A stretch of 64,000 bases of DNA from Pirellulales bacterium (GCA_035546535.1 DASZWQ010000024.1:77320-141319); one strand, 5' to 3'. Positions 47,164 to 57,787 are shown, counted from the stretch's first letter. Translations and numbers: made by a program. The notes: generated by a model from the letters alone, not told the origin.

Positions 47164-47766
47164 ATGTCCGAAGCGATCGAAACCTTGCCCCCCAAGTCTC
47201 CCCCTCGCCGATCGTTGCTGCCCAGTGCGGTCGCGGTGGCGATCGTGCTGATCGCCGCAGGCGTTTGGCTGCGCACAAACGGCCGTCCGTGGTGGTGTGC
47301 CTGCGGAGAGCCCTTTCTCTGGTCGGGCGAGATTCAATCTTCGCACAACTCACAGCACCTGTTCGATCCGTACAGCTTCACGCACATGCTGCACGGCGTC
47401 GTCTTCTATTGGCTGCTGGCCATGATCGTGCCGCGTGCCAGCGTCGCCTGGCGATTCGTCGGCGCCGTCACGCTCGAGGTGTTGTGGGAGTTGCTCGAAA
47501 ACTCGAACATGGTGATCGAGCGCTTTCGCACCGCCACGATTTCGCTCGGCTATCAGGGAGACACCATCGGCAACTCACTCGGAGACGTGCTGAGCTGCGC
47601 CGCAGGCTTCTTCCTGGCCCTGAAGCTGGGCCTGTGGGGTTCGATTGCCTTATTTGCGGTGACGGAATTAGCGCTCGTTTTGTGGATTCGTGATAGCCTG
47701 ATCCTCAGCACGCTCATGCTCGTCCATCCGATCGACGCCCTGAAAACGTGGCAGCAGGGCGGGTGA
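47164..47766 (+). CDS. DUF2585 (UPF0314) family membrane protein
   Basis: 200 aa. SHNSQHLFDPYSFTHMLHGVVFYWLL...LEVLWELLENS..VI.R.R..T....Y.GD...NS.GD.... is the characteristic core. Confidence 0.8.
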   Translation: MSEAIETLPPKSPPRRSLLPSAVAVAIVLIAAGVWLRTNGRPWWCACGEPFLWSGEIQSSHNSQHLFDPYSFTHMLHGVVFYWLLAMIVPRASVAWRFVGAVTLEVLWELLENSNMVIERFRTATISLGYQGDTIGNSLGDVLSCAAGFFLALKLGLWGSIALFAVTELALVLWIRDSLILSTLMLVHPIDALKTWQQGG

Positions 47767-47911
47767 GTGCCGACCATGCCACGCCTTCCGCGGCCGCCAG
47801 CGGCTCTTGCATTTGCCGCGTCCCTAAGTCGATAATGGGGCTGCCTGCCTGAGACCTAGCCTGCCTGTTTGAAAACCTACTGCGGTTGCGGCCCAGTCAC
47901 TCCCTCCCTCC

Positions 47912-50900
47912 GTGGGCCATGTGATGCAAATCTGTTTGCGAAATGCGTTCGTCGCGCTGGCGATCGTCGCCGTGCCGCGCGCCCTGTTCGGTGCCGACGG
48001 TGTCACGCCTGCGTCTGGAACCGCGGCGACTGAAGCAACGGCGGCGCCCACGTTCGAAGTCGATATTCGTCCGATCCTGCGGACGCATTGCTTCGATTGC
48101 CACGGCGCCAACGACGAGAAGCAGGGGAACCTCGATCTGCGCCTCGTGCGTTTTCAGCTCGCGGGGGGCGACTCGGGACCAGCCATCGCGCCCGGCGACC
48201 CCGACCATAGCCATCTTTTGGCCCGCATCCGCGCCGGCGAGATGCCGCCGGGTGAAGGGAAGGTGACGGCCAAGGAAATCGACACGATCGCCCGCTGGAT
48301 CGCCGGAGGGGCCAAGACCGCGCGGCCCGAGCCTGAGTCGATTCCGCCCGGCGTCGGCATCTCGGTCGAGGAGCGCTCGTGGTGGGCGTTTCAACCGCTC
48401 GCGCGACCAGCCGTCCCAGAATCGCAGCCCGCCGACCCGCGCGTGCGCGGACCGATCGACGCCCTTTTAAAGGCCGCGATGCCATCAGGCCTCTCCTTCG
48501 CAGCGGACGCCGACAAGCGCGTGCTGATTCGCCGCGCGAGCTTCGATTTGCTGGGATTGCCGCCGCAGCCGGACGAGGTCGAGGCCTTCGTCGCGGACCA
48601 GTCGCCCGACGCCTACGAACGTCTGCTCGATCGGCTGCTCGCTTCGCCCCACTATGGCGAACGCTGGGCGCGACACTGGCTCGACGCCGCCGGCTATGCC
48701 GACAGCGAAGGGGCCACGGTGCAGGACGCGATTCGCACCTGGTCGTACAAGTATCGAGACTACGTGATCCGCTCGCTCAACGCCGACAAACCGTTCGATC
48801 GCTTCATTCACGAGCAATTAGCCGGTGACGAACTGGCCGGTCCGATTTCGGGCGACATGACGGCGGAACAGATCGAGCTGTTGACGGCGACCGGGTTTCT
48901 GCGGATGGCGGCCGACGGCACCGGCAGCGGCGACAACTCGCCCGAGGCTCGCAATCAGGTCGTGACCGACACATTGAAGATCGTTACCAGCTCGCTATTG
49001 GGCGTATCAGTCGCCTGCGCTCAGTGCCACGACCACCGCTACGACCCGGTGCCGCAGACGGATTACTACGCGTTGCGGGCCGTGTTCGAGCCGGCGCTGG
49101 ATTATCAGGCGTGGAAAGTGCCGGCGGAGCGCGACGTGTCGTTGTACACGGCGGCCGATCGGCAGAAGGCCGCCGATATCGAGGCCGAGGCGCAAAAGAT
49201 CGCTGCCGAACGCGCGCCGAAAGAAGCCGCCTTCATGACCGAAGCCGTCGAGAAAGAACTGATGAAGTTCGAGGAGCCGCTACGTAGCGAATTACGCACG
49301 GCCTATAACACGGCAGCCGACAAGCGGAGCGACGCCCAAAAGCAATTGCTCGACAAGCATCCCAGTGTGAACATCACGCCGGGCGTGCTGTACCAGTACA
49401 ACCAGGCCGCCGCGGATGAATTGAAGAAGTTCGACGAGCGCATGGCCAATGTGCGCAGCGGCAAGCCGCCGCAGGAGTTTTTACGAGCACTCGTCGAACC
49501 TGCGGCGCACACTCCTGAAACCAGGCTCTTCTATCGGGGCGATTATCGGCAGCCGAAGCAATCGATCGGCCCCGGTGCCCTGTCGGTCTGCGGCCCGGAC
49601 AGCAGGCGCGCGGAATTCGCCAGCAAGAGTGACAGCCTGCCAAGCTCGGGGCGTCGGCTGGCGCTGGCCCGCTGGTTGACCGGTGCCGACAATCCGCTCA
49701 CCGCCCGCGTGCTGGCAAACCGGGTGTGGCTGCACCATTTCGGCCGCGGCATCGTCACTACGCCCGGCGATTTCGGCCGTCTGGGAACGCTGCCCACGCA
49801 CCCGGCGCTACTCGACTGGCTGGCCGTAGAGTTCCGCGAATCGGGCTGGAGTCTGAAAAAGCTTCACAAGACGATCATGCTTTCGACGGCATATCGCCAA
49901 TCTTCAAGGCGCGACACGGCGCAAGCCGCGCTCGACAGCGATAACCGCTACTACGGCCGGCAGAATGTCGTGCGGCTCGATGCCGAAGCCTTGCGCGATC
50001 GCGTGCTCGCCGCCAATGGCAAGCTCGATCGCACGTTGTTTGGTGCACCGGTGGCGATCAAGGAAGACGACGCCGGCCAGGTCATTCTGGCGGGCGACGT
50101 GCAGCGCCGCAGCTTGTACGCCATGCAACGCCGCAGCCAGCCGGTGGCTCTGATGCAAGCTTTCGACGCCCCCGCCATGCAAACCAATTGCGAAGCCCGG
50201 GCTTCGTCGACCGTGGCCACGCAGTCGCTCATGCTGATGAACGGAGACTTTTGGCTCACGCAGGCCGGGGCATTGGCCGAGCGGGCGCAGCGCGAGCCAA
50301 CGGCCGACCTGCAAGCCGAACTGGTCGCCGGGCTGACGCCGCGCTGGCTGGCCGGTCCGCCCACCTGGCAATTCGGTTACGGTGCCTGCGATACGGCCTC
50401 GGGCCGCACCACGTTTACAGCGCTTCCGCATTGGACCAATTCCAGCTGGCAGGGAGGCGAAAAGCTGCCCGACGAAAAGACCGGTTGGGTACTGGTACAC
50501 GCCGACGGCGGCCATCCCGGCGCGAATCCCGATCATGCCGCCATCCGCCGCTGGACGGCGCCGGTCGGCGGCGTGCTCACCGTGCAGGGTACGCTCGGCC
50601 ACAGTAGCGAGAACGGAGACGGTGTCCGCGGCCGCGTTGTCTCGAGCACGCTGGGCATTGCCGGCGAATGGTCGGTGCGCCACGGCGAAGCAGCCACGAA
50701 CGTCGAGCGCATCGTCGTCGCCCGCGGCGACGCGATCGACTTCGTCACCGATTGCGTCGGCGACGTGAACGCCGACTCGTTCACGTGGCGCGTGACGTTG
50801 TCGCTAGCGCAGGAAGGTGGCGAGACCGCGACATTTGCCTCGCATGAAGGTTTCCACGGCCCGCCTAGTCAAAGCGAAGCCGGCGTCGAACTGGCCAGCG

Positions 50901-51103
50901 TCGTGCGGGCCTGGCAGTTGGCTTACTTGCGGCTGCCGACGCGCGACGAGTTGTCCGCGGCCTGCGCATTTCTCGATGCGCAGATCAATTACTTGCGTCT
51001 GCACCCGGGCAACGCCGCTGCCGGTCGCTCGCCGGAAACACAGGCGCTCGCCAACTTGTGCCAGGCGCTGGTGAGCTCAAACGAATTTCTCTACGTCGAC
51101 TAA
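47912..51103 (+). CDS. Planctomycete cytochrome-c / DUF1549 / DUF1553 (PSCyt-PSD1 type) protein
   Basis: 1063 aa. Signal peptide. Heme-motif region FEVDIRPILRTHCFDCHG...GNLDLR. DUF1549 block RASFDLLGLPPQPDEVEAF...YERLLDRLLASPHYGERWARHWLD.AGYADS. DUF1553 block CAQCHDHRYDP..Q.DYY...AVF. Terminal PSD-like LCQALVSSNEFLYVD. Confidence 0.92.
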   Translation: MGHVMQICLRNAFVALAIVAVPRALFGADGVTPASGTAATEATAAPTFEVDIRPILRTHCFDCHGANDEKQGNLDLRLVRFQLAGGDSGPAIAPGDPDHSHLLARIRAGEMPPGEGKVTAKEIDTIARWIAGGAKTARPEPESIPPGVGISVEERSWWAFQPLARPAVPESQPADPRVRGPIDALLKAAMPSGLSFAADADKRVLIRRASFDLLGLPPQPDEVEAFVADQSPDAYERLLDRLLASPHYGERWARHWLDAAGYADSEGATVQDAIRTWSYKYRDYVIRSLNADKPFDRFIHEQLAGDELAGPISGDMTAEQIELLTATGFLRMAADGTGSGDNSPEARNQVVTDTLKIVTSSLLGVSVACAQCHDHRYDPVPQTDYYALRAVFEPALDYQAWKVPAERDVSLYTAADRQKAADIEAEAQKIAAERAPKEAAFMTEAVEKELMKFEEPLRSELRTAYNTAADKRSDAQKQLLDKHPSVNITPGVLYQYNQAAADELKKFDERMANVRSGKPPQEFLRALVEPAAHTPETRLFYRGDYRQPKQSIGPGALSVCGPDSRRAEFASKSDSLPSSGRRLALARWLTGADNPLTARVLANRVWLHHFGRGIVTTPGDFGRLGTLPTHPALLDWLAVEFRESGWSLKKLHKTIMLSTAYRQSSRRDTAQAALDSDNRYYGRQNVVRLDAEALRDRVLAANGKLDRTLFGAPVAIKEDDAGQVILAGDVQRRSLYAMQRRSQPVALMQAFDAPAMQTNCEARASSTVATQSLMLMNGDFWLTQAGALAERAQREPTADLQAELVAGLTPRWLAGPPTWQFGYGACDTASGRTTFTALPHWTNSSWQGGEKLPDEKTGWVLVHADGGHPGANPDHAAIRRWTAPVGGVLTVQGTLGHSSENGDGVRGRVVSSTLGIAGEWSVRHGEAATNVERIVVARGDAIDFVTDCVGDVNADSFTWRVTLSLAQEGGETATFASHEGFHGPPSQSEAGVELASVVRAWQLAYLRLPTRDELSAACAFLDAQINYLRLHPGNAAAGRSPETQALANLCQALVSSNEFLYVD

Positions 51104-51117
51104 TAGAGCGCACAACC

Positions 51118-52554
51118 ATGCACGTACCACTTTCTCGGCGACAGTTTCTGGCCGAAAACGCCATGGGCATTGGCGCCACGGCGCTCGCGTGGCTTACCGC
51201 GCAAGAGGCCAAGGCCATCCCCTCGAAGCTGCCCAAGGATCCGGCGACGTTCGATCTGAAGCCGAAGGCGCCGCACTTCGCCCCGCGCGCCAAGGCGATG
51301 ATCTCGCTCTTTCAGCATGGCGGTCCGTCGCACGTCGACTTGTTCGATCCCAAGCCAGAGCTGACGCGATTGAGCGGCACCGACTATCCCGGCGAAATCG
51401 TGTACAGCTTCGTCAATGGTGCCAGCAAGTCGCTGTTCGGCAGCCCTTGGAAGTTCGCAAAGCACGGCCAGTCAGGCACGGAAATCTCGGAGCTGCTGCC
51501 GAACCTGGGCGAGATCGTCGACGATGTCTGCCTGATCCGCTCGATGCACACCGGCGCCAACGGTCATGAAGTCTCGATCCGCTACTTTCACGGCGGCATT
51601 CCCGGCGTGGTCGGACGGCCGACGCTCGGCTCCTGGCTGGTGTACGGCCTGGGCTGTGAAAGCCAAGAATTGCCCGCGTACCTGGTGCTGACTGATCCGG
51701 CGGGGTTGCCGGTCGACGGCGTCACGAACTGGTCGAATGGGTTTATGCCTCCCCTGTTCCAGGGCACCGTGCTACGGCCGAAGGAGCCGCGGATTTTGAA
51801 TCTCGAAGCGCCGCCGTACCTGCGCGGTGAAGTGCAGAAGCAAAATCTCGATTTCCTCCGCGGCTTGAACGACCGCCATCTGGCCGAGCATCCGGGCGAG
51901 GGCGACCTCGAAGCGCGCATCGCCAGTTACGAGTTGGCCGCCGCCATGCAGACCGCGGCCACCGAGGCGCTCGACATCTCGCGTGAAACGGCCGCCACGC
52001 ACGCCATGTACGGCCTCGACGATCCGGCCACGCGCGAATACGGTACCCGCTGCCTGATCGCGCGGCGCCTGGTCGAACGGGGAGTCCGCTTCGTGCAATT
52101 GTTCCTGGGCGGCCAGCCATGGGACAACCACTCCAGTATCCGTACCGGGCTGCCGGCCATTTGCAAACGTACCGACAAGCCTGCCGCGGCGTTGGTCAAG
52201 GATCTCAAGCAGCGTGGCATGCTCGGCGAAACCGTCGTTCACTTCGGCGGCGAAATCGGACGACTGCCAGTGACCGAGAATCGTGGCGATGCGGCCAACT
52301 CAGGACGCGATCACAACGGCCAGGGCTTCAGCATGTGGGTCGCCGGCGGCGGCTTCCGGCCCGGCATCACCTATGGTGAAACCGATGAGTTTGGCCACCG
52401 CGCGGTAAAGGACGTCGTCACTCCCAACGATTTCCAGGCCACGCTCTTGCACCTGTTCGGCCTGGATCATACGCAGCTTAGCTATCTGCACAGCGGGCGC
52501 GAGCAGCAGATCACCGCCGGCCGCACGGCCCGACTGGTGAAAGAGATTATCTAG
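51118..52554 (+). CDS. DUF1501 domain protein (sulfatase-fold, Tat signal)
   Basis: Trimmed to the ATG at 51118, 14 bp after the upstream stop. Tat-like SRRQFLAENAMGIGATALA. Then MISLFQHGGPSHVDLFDPKP, IRSMHT, FGGEIGR.P......GRDHN..GFSMW.AGGG. Confidence 0.92.
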   Translation: MHVPLSRRQFLAENAMGIGATALAWLTAQEAKAIPSKLPKDPATFDLKPKAPHFAPRAKAMISLFQHGGPSHVDLFDPKPELTRLSGTDYPGEIVYSFVNGASKSLFGSPWKFAKHGQSGTEISELLPNLGEIVDDVCLIRSMHTGANGHEVSIRYFHGGIPGVVGRPTLGSWLVYGLGCESQELPAYLVLTDPAGLPVDGVTNWSNGFMPPLFQGTVLRPKEPRILNLEAPPYLRGEVQKQNLDFLRGLNDRHLAEHPGEGDLEARIASYELAAAMQTAATEALDISRETAATHAMYGLDDPATREYGTRCLIARRLVERGVRFVQLFLGGQPWDNHSSIRTGLPAICKRTDKPAAALVKDLKQRGMLGETVVHFGGEIGRLPVTENRGDAANSGRDHNGQGFSMWVAGGGFRPGITYGETDEFGHRAVKDVVTPNDFQATLLHLFGLDHTQLSYLHSGREQQITAGRTARLVKEII

Positions 52555-52791
52555 ATCGCGGTCTCGATATCTGCCTGGCCATTTGCTCGGGTGCCACTAG
52601 TGGCTTGCCCACCAGTGTTTGAACGTCCGACCGACCGCTTCAATCGCGCGCGCCATCGCTGTCGTGCCTTGATCGCCACGGCGCGATAGAATCGCCATCG
52701 GAGTTGTCATCTCCGCGGGCGGATATTCCGCTGGGCTAGCACGCTAATTCGTGCGCGATTATGCGCGGGTGACAATTGTGGCACAGAGGGC

Positions 52792-55353
52792 ATGGCCATG
52801 AAACGGCGGACTTTGATCCGTGCTTCGCAGGTTCTAGTCGCGATTCTCGTCGGCATCTTCGGTGCGCCCGCCAACCCGCGTCTCGCGTTGGCGCAGCAGT
52901 CGGAAGCGGCAAAGGCGGCGTCGCCGGCCGATGAAGAAACGAAGAACAACTTCCGCATCGCCGGCGATTGCTCCCGGCTCGACCTAATCAAGGATGCCGA
53001 CGGTGGCAATCTGCGAGCCGAACTGACGCCACTGCCGAGGGCCAAGGTCACTCTCTACGTCGTGCGCGGAACGCCCGGCGTTCTGGAAGAAGTAGGCACG
53101 ACCGAGGCGGACGAGCGAGGGCATTACGAATTCACGAATCTCGCGCCGCCGCGCTATGATTCGCGTATTGAGCGGCGCTGGTATGGGATGGTCGCGCGCG
53201 CCGAAGGACTTCCTGCGGCTATCTGGCCGTTGTTCGAGGGAACCAACCCCGCAGACGCCGACGTGAATTTCGCCGCCAAATCGGCCACGCTGTCGGGCCG
53301 CCTGACGGACGCTGACGGCAATCCGGTCGCTGGAGCAACGGTTTCTCAGTACGGCATCCACGGCCTGCCGGTACCGGGCGTGCAAAGCGCCATTACAAAC
53401 AAGATCGGCCGCTTCCGCATTGAGGAGGTCCCCGATTTCGATCGGGGTGGACCGTCGGATGGCGTGCAGTTCCGCATCACGCACCCGGATCATCCGGCCA
53501 CGTCGGTCAGCGTGCCCGCGTTACCGGCTGAGACGGTCTTTCGCTTCACGCGAGGCTGTACAGTTACCGGCACGGTCCGCGACAAGGTTGCCGGCCAGCC
53601 GGCCGCCGGCGCGCTGGTGCGCGCGCAAGAGAACAAGAACACTCAGAACGATGCGCAGGTGCTGACCGATGACCAGGGACGCTACCGGCTGGTGCTCCCG
53701 GAAGGCCGCTACAATATCTTGGTCGAGGCGCTCAATCGCGCTGGCGCAGCCAGCACCGGTCACGATTGCCGGACAGGCGAAACCACCGAAATCCCGCCGT
53801 TGGAACTGACCGAAGGAGGCTGGATCGAGGGGCGGGTCGTAAATACACGCACGAATCAGCCCGTTGTGGAGAACCAGCGCGGCGGCCGCATCACGATTGG
53901 CTTGATCGGCCCCGGCAGCCCGGCGCGGAAGCGACTTATTTCGCCCGAGGCCGTGGCCACGGTCGACGCGGAAGGGCGATTCCGACTGCGCGCGACGGCC
54001 GGCGACAACTTCCCCTATCTGGTCAACGAGCGCGGCATGCGCATGGCGTGGGATACACAGCAGCAGCCGGCCGTCGTGGTCGCCGAAGGCGAAACGACGC
54101 ATTACGACATGCTGATCGAGCCGGAGTTGACGCCCGAGGAGAAGATGAAGGCGGCCCGCGCTGTGCTCGCGACCCTGCCCGCGGATCAGCCGGCGCGCGT
54201 TGCTGCCATTCTGGAAGAATTCCGCAAGCTGAACCACACGGTCGACGAGTGCGAGATCTGGTGTTCTCTCATGCGCGAGCTGGTCACAATCGGCGCGGAC
54301 GCCGTGCCGCAAATCGGCGCCGAGCTCGATGCGACCAACGAACAGCGCATGATCCGCCGGTTGGGTTTCGCGCTACGTGCGATCAATGACCCGCGCGCCG
54401 TGCCGGCCCTGATCCGCGCGATTCCCAAGACGCTGCAACCACCGCTGAGCGATTACGGGCTGATCGTGGCCGACGCGGATCTGACCGCGTTCATGCAAAA
54501 ACATCAGATCAATCCGGTCGTGGGCGGCCAATATTTCGACTTCGGTCGCCCGGTGCGAGAGGTCTTCAGCGCCCTGCACACTCTGACCGGTAAGAAGTTC
54601 GGCGACGATACGCTCTTTGGCATGATGCGCGGCAAGAACACCATCGCGCTGGCCGAACAGCAGAAGCGCTACCACCGCCAGGCCGAACGCTGGCAGGCAT
54701 GGTGGGAGGAGCATTGGCAAGAAAAAACGACAGACGAGGCGTACGCCAAGGTGAACCTCCCGCCGGCCGAAGAGATCGCGATTCCACCGGTCATTGCGCT
54801 GGGACCGTCGGCGACCACGGATGGTGGAACGCGGGGGGCCACGCTCTCGCCGCCGGGCGAAAGTGGCGGTACGTTTCTTGATCTCGATACGGGGCTCGAC
54901 CCCAAGTGGCCGCTGCACATTCCCGAGAACGAAGCGGCGGATCACGAACGCGAGATCGCCCTGTGGGCCGCGCAAAACGGCGTCGACTTGATGTGTGTCA
55001 TCTACCGCGCGCCCGACGGCAAGGAAACCTACGCGTTACGGGCGTTCAACATGCGGCTGTGGGAAATCTCGGAGCGCGACGCCGAAGAGATCGATGAACT
55101 GATCAAAGAAGGCAAGCTGCCCGAAAGGAAGCCAGCCGGCGAATTGTTGCTGCACGTCGACGAAGCCACCGGCCGATACGTGCCCGAAGCCAACGCCGCC
55201 TTCCTGTACGCTACGCGTGAAGGGGGCACCGGCGTGATCCACATTACCGACCGCATCACCGAGAAACGCGACATCACAGGCATGGTATTCGCGCCGAAAG
55301 GAGTGGGCTTTCACAAGGGCGTGAAATTCAACCAGCGGGACATCATTCCGTAG
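52792..55353 (+). CDS. Large secreted protein: carboxypeptidase-regulatory-like beta-sandwich repeats + HEAT-like segment + uncharacterised C-terminal domain
   Basis: 853 aa. Signal peptide (LVAILVGIFGAPANPRLALA). At least three CarboxypepD_reg-like units (TLSGRLTDADGNPVAGATVSQ; CTVTGTVRDKVAGQPAAGALVRA..TDDQGRYRL.LPEGRY; IEGRVVNTRTNQPV). HEAT-like DPRAVPALIRAIP. The last ~230 aa have no family I recognise. Confidence 0.75.
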   Translation: MAMKRRTLIRASQVLVAILVGIFGAPANPRLALAQQSEAAKAASPADEETKNNFRIAGDCSRLDLIKDADGGNLRAELTPLPRAKVTLYVVRGTPGVLEEVGTTEADERGHYEFTNLAPPRYDSRIERRWYGMVARAEGLPAAIWPLFEGTNPADADVNFAAKSATLSGRLTDADGNPVAGATVSQYGIHGLPVPGVQSAITNKIGRFRIEEVPDFDRGGPSDGVQFRITHPDHPATSVSVPALPAETVFRFTRGCTVTGTVRDKVAGQPAAGALVRAQENKNTQNDAQVLTDDQGRYRLVLPEGRYNILVEALNRAGAASTGHDCRTGETTEIPPLELTEGGWIEGRVVNTRTNQPVVENQRGGRITIGLIGPGSPARKRLISPEAVATVDAEGRFRLRATAGDNFPYLVNERGMRMAWDTQQQPAVVVAEGETTHYDMLIEPELTPEEKMKAARAVLATLPADQPARVAAILEEFRKLNHTVDECEIWCSLMRELVTIGADAVPQIGAELDATNEQRMIRRLGFALRAINDPRAVPALIRAIPKTLQPPLSDYGLIVADADLTAFMQKHQINPVVGGQYFDFGRPVREVFSALHTLTGKKFGDDTLFGMMRGKNTIALAEQQKRYHRQAERWQAWWEEHWQEKTTDEAYAKVNLPPAEEIAIPPVIALGPSATTDGGTRGATLSPPGESGGTFLDLDTGLDPKWPLHIPENEAADHEREIALWAAQNGVDLMCVIYRAPDGKETYALRAFNMRLWEISERDAEEIDELIKEGKLPERKPAGELLLHVDEATGRYVPEANAAFLYATREGGTGVIHITDRITEKRDITGMVFAPKGVGFHKGVKFNQRDIIP

Positions 55354-55565
55354 CGCTGCACCGAAATCCGGGGCGGCCGCTCGTCAAACACTGTCAAACC
55401 AGGGCGCAGGCAGGCCGGAAAAGCGTTGACCGGCGGCTCTCTCTCCACCACAATGATGCTGCCGAGGCCAAGAGCCCTGGCGCCTGCCCGAGCGACCAAC
55501 CCGCGTCGACCCGCCTGCACGACCCGCCCTTGTGCATCCACCCGAACCCAGCAAGGAACGGTGCG

Positions 55566-56924
55566 ATGAATCTTCCCTGCCTTGGCCCGCTACGCCGCCG
55601 CGAATTCCTGCGCGCGGGCACGCTGGCGCTGGGCGGAATTGGGCTGGAACAGGTTATGGCCGCGCGGGCCCGCGCGGGGCAACCGACCAAAGGCACCTCG
55701 GTGATTCTGTTCTGGATGTGGGGTGGCCCGAGCCACCTGGAGACGTACGATCTGAAGCCGCTCGCGCCGAGTGAGTATCGCGGCCCGTTCCGGCCCATCC
55801 CGACCGACGTGCCGGGCTTGGATATTTGCGAGCTATTCCCAAGGCAGGCGCGGCTCGGCTCGCGGATCTCGCTCATTCGCTCGCTGCACCACGAGATGTC
55901 GGCGCACAACGACGGATCGATCGAGCTCTTGACTGGCAAGACGCCGGATCGACCCGATCCCACGTCGACCGCGCGCAGCGAGCATCCCGATTTCGGCATG
56001 GTGGCCAGCAAGCTGCGTGGCGCGCGCCCGGACGGGCTGCCGAACTATGTTGGCATCCCGCGGCAGCCGTTCATGACGCGCCCGGTTTATCTGGGGCTGG
56101 CCCATTCGGCCGTGGCCGCAGGCGACCCGTCGAACAAAGCCTATCGTCCGCCCAACCTGTCGCTGGCCGCGGGCGTGAACGCCAGCCGATTGGAAGACCG
56201 GCGCGGCCTGCTGCCGCAGTTCGACCGGCTGCGCCGCGATCTGGATCTGGCGGGCTCGCTCGACGGCGTCGAGCAATTTCGTGGTCAAGCGCTTACGATG
56301 CTCACCAACCCAAGCGTGGCTGACGCATTCGACGTGAGCCGCGAGACCGACCAGACCCGCGATCGTTACGGCCGGCATCTGTGGGGCCAGAGCTGCTTGC
56401 TCGCGCGGCGCCTGGCCGAGGCGGGCGTGGCCGTGATTACGATCGACGCGCTCGCCCCCACGCTCAGCGATCGGTACTTCAGTTGGGACGACCATATCAA
56501 CCCGATCACGCGCTGGGATATGGCCGACGCCATGCGCTACCGCGCGCCGTTCATGGATCAGGGGATCGCGGCCCTGATCGAGGACATCTACGACCGCGGG
56601 CTGTCGGAGCGCGTCATGGTCGTCGCCGCCGGCGAATTCGGCCGCACTCCGCGACTGGTGAATCACGACGGTTTGATCGGCCGCGATCACTGGCCCGGGG
56701 CGCAGTCGGCGCTCGTCTCGGGCGGGAACCTGCGCATGGGGCAGGTCGTCGGCGCGACGAATTCCAAGGGAGAATACCCGGCCGATCGGGCCCTTACGCC
56801 GCAAGACTTGCTGGCGACCATCTATCATCACTTGGGCATCGACTATCGACAGTCGTTCGTCGATCTGTCCGGGCGCCCGACGAGCATCCTCGCCACGGGC
56901 GAGCCGATCCGCGAGCTGGTGTAA
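55566..56924 (+). CDS. DUF1501 domain protein (second copy, Tat signal)
   Basis: Trimmed to the ATG at 55566. RRREFLRAGTLALGGIGL; VILFWMWGGPSHLETYDLKP; IRSLHHEM; AGEFGRTPR......GRDHW. Paralogous to 51118-52554. Confidence 0.9.
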   Translation: MNLPCLGPLRRREFLRAGTLALGGIGLEQVMAARARAGQPTKGTSVILFWMWGGPSHLETYDLKPLAPSEYRGPFRPIPTDVPGLDICELFPRQARLGSRISLIRSLHHEMSAHNDGSIELLTGKTPDRPDPTSTARSEHPDFGMVASKLRGARPDGLPNYVGIPRQPFMTRPVYLGLAHSAVAAGDPSNKAYRPPNLSLAAGVNASRLEDRRGLLPQFDRLRRDLDLAGSLDGVEQFRGQALTMLTNPSVADAFDVSRETDQTRDRYGRHLWGQSCLLARRLAEAGVAVITIDALAPTLSDRYFSWDDHINPITRWDMADAMRYRAPFMDQGIAALIEDIYDRGLSERVMVVAAGEFGRTPRLVNHDGLIGRDHWPGAQSALVSGGNLRMGQVVGATNSKGEYPADRALTPQDLLATIYHHLGIDYRQSFVDLSGRPTSILATGEPIRELV

Positions 56925-57115
56925 GGGCGGCCCTCGACGCACGCAAGGCTCTCGTGCATGCGCGCAGGTGAAGTTGCACGCCGTCTTGCTTACGGAAGCG
57001 TGAAAACCGCTAGCACCGTTCAAGTTTGCGAGCGCCGCGGATCGAACTAAGAGAAGCGAGCCGCACGCGTCGCACGGCGTGCTATCAAGGATGATCTCGC
57101 AGGAAAGGATGCTCT

Positions 57116-57787
57116 ATGCACAGGCGGCATTGGCTCTTGGCCAGCATGACCATGGCCAGCGAAATCGCACTGTACGGCTGCCGCGGATCGCAATTCGCCA
57201 AAATCCTGCATCCCGGCGACAAGGAAATGGTCGGCAGCCATCAGGCCGGACAGGAAACGTTCAAGCCGCTGGTCGAAGAATCGGTTGCCAGCTTGCTGGC
57301 GCGGCACTGCACGCCGCCGCCTACCGTGCAACAGGTGAGCATGAACGGCCAGGAACAATTGCCTCCGCCCCCCATGCGCATTTGCTTTGTCGCCGTCGAA
57401 AATAAAAGCGCCGAGGAGATCGGCGACTTCAAGGATCAGATCTACCAGATCATCGATACGCACATCATCGAATCGCGCGCGTTTCAGCCGGTCAACAAGC
57501 GGTTCGTCGACGCCGGGCTGGAGCAGACGCGTTTGCGCCCCGATCAGCTCTTCGTGCCGCAGAACATGCGCGCCTTTACGATGGCCATGGAGCAGGCCGG
57601 CCAGCCGTTCGATTTCCTGCTGTACGCCACGCTGACCTCGGGCACGACGCGCGAGAACCAGAACTACCAGCGCGATTATCTGCTGACGATGGAAATGATC
57701 AACGTTCGCACGGGCGACTACGACAAACAATCAGCAACGTTGACCAAGGGTTATTACCAGACGCGGCTGGGCAGACTGCTGAAATAG
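57116..57787 (+). CDS. Putative lipoprotein, LpoB/COG3417-like small lipoprotein (tentative)
   Basis: 223 aa. SD AGGAAAGGA. Lipobox-like IALYGC. The core pattern MRICFVAVENKSAEEIGDFKDQIYQIIDTHIIESRAFQPVNKRFVD...LLYATLTS......Y.RDYLLTMEMIN..TG resembles the PBP-activator LpoB-type fold as I recall it. The antisense ORF 57047-57730 is rejected. Confidence 0.6.
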   Translation: MHRRHWLLASMTMASEIALYGCRGSQFAKILHPGDKEMVGSHQAGQETFKPLVEESVASLLARHCTPPPTVQQVSMNGQEQLPPPPMRICFVAVENKSAEEIGDFKDQIYQIIDTHIIESRAFQPVNKRFVDAGLEQTRLRPDQLFVPQNMRAFTMAMEQAGQPFDFLLYATLTSGTTRENQNYQRDYLLTMEMINVRTGDYDKQSATLTKGYYQTRLGRLLK

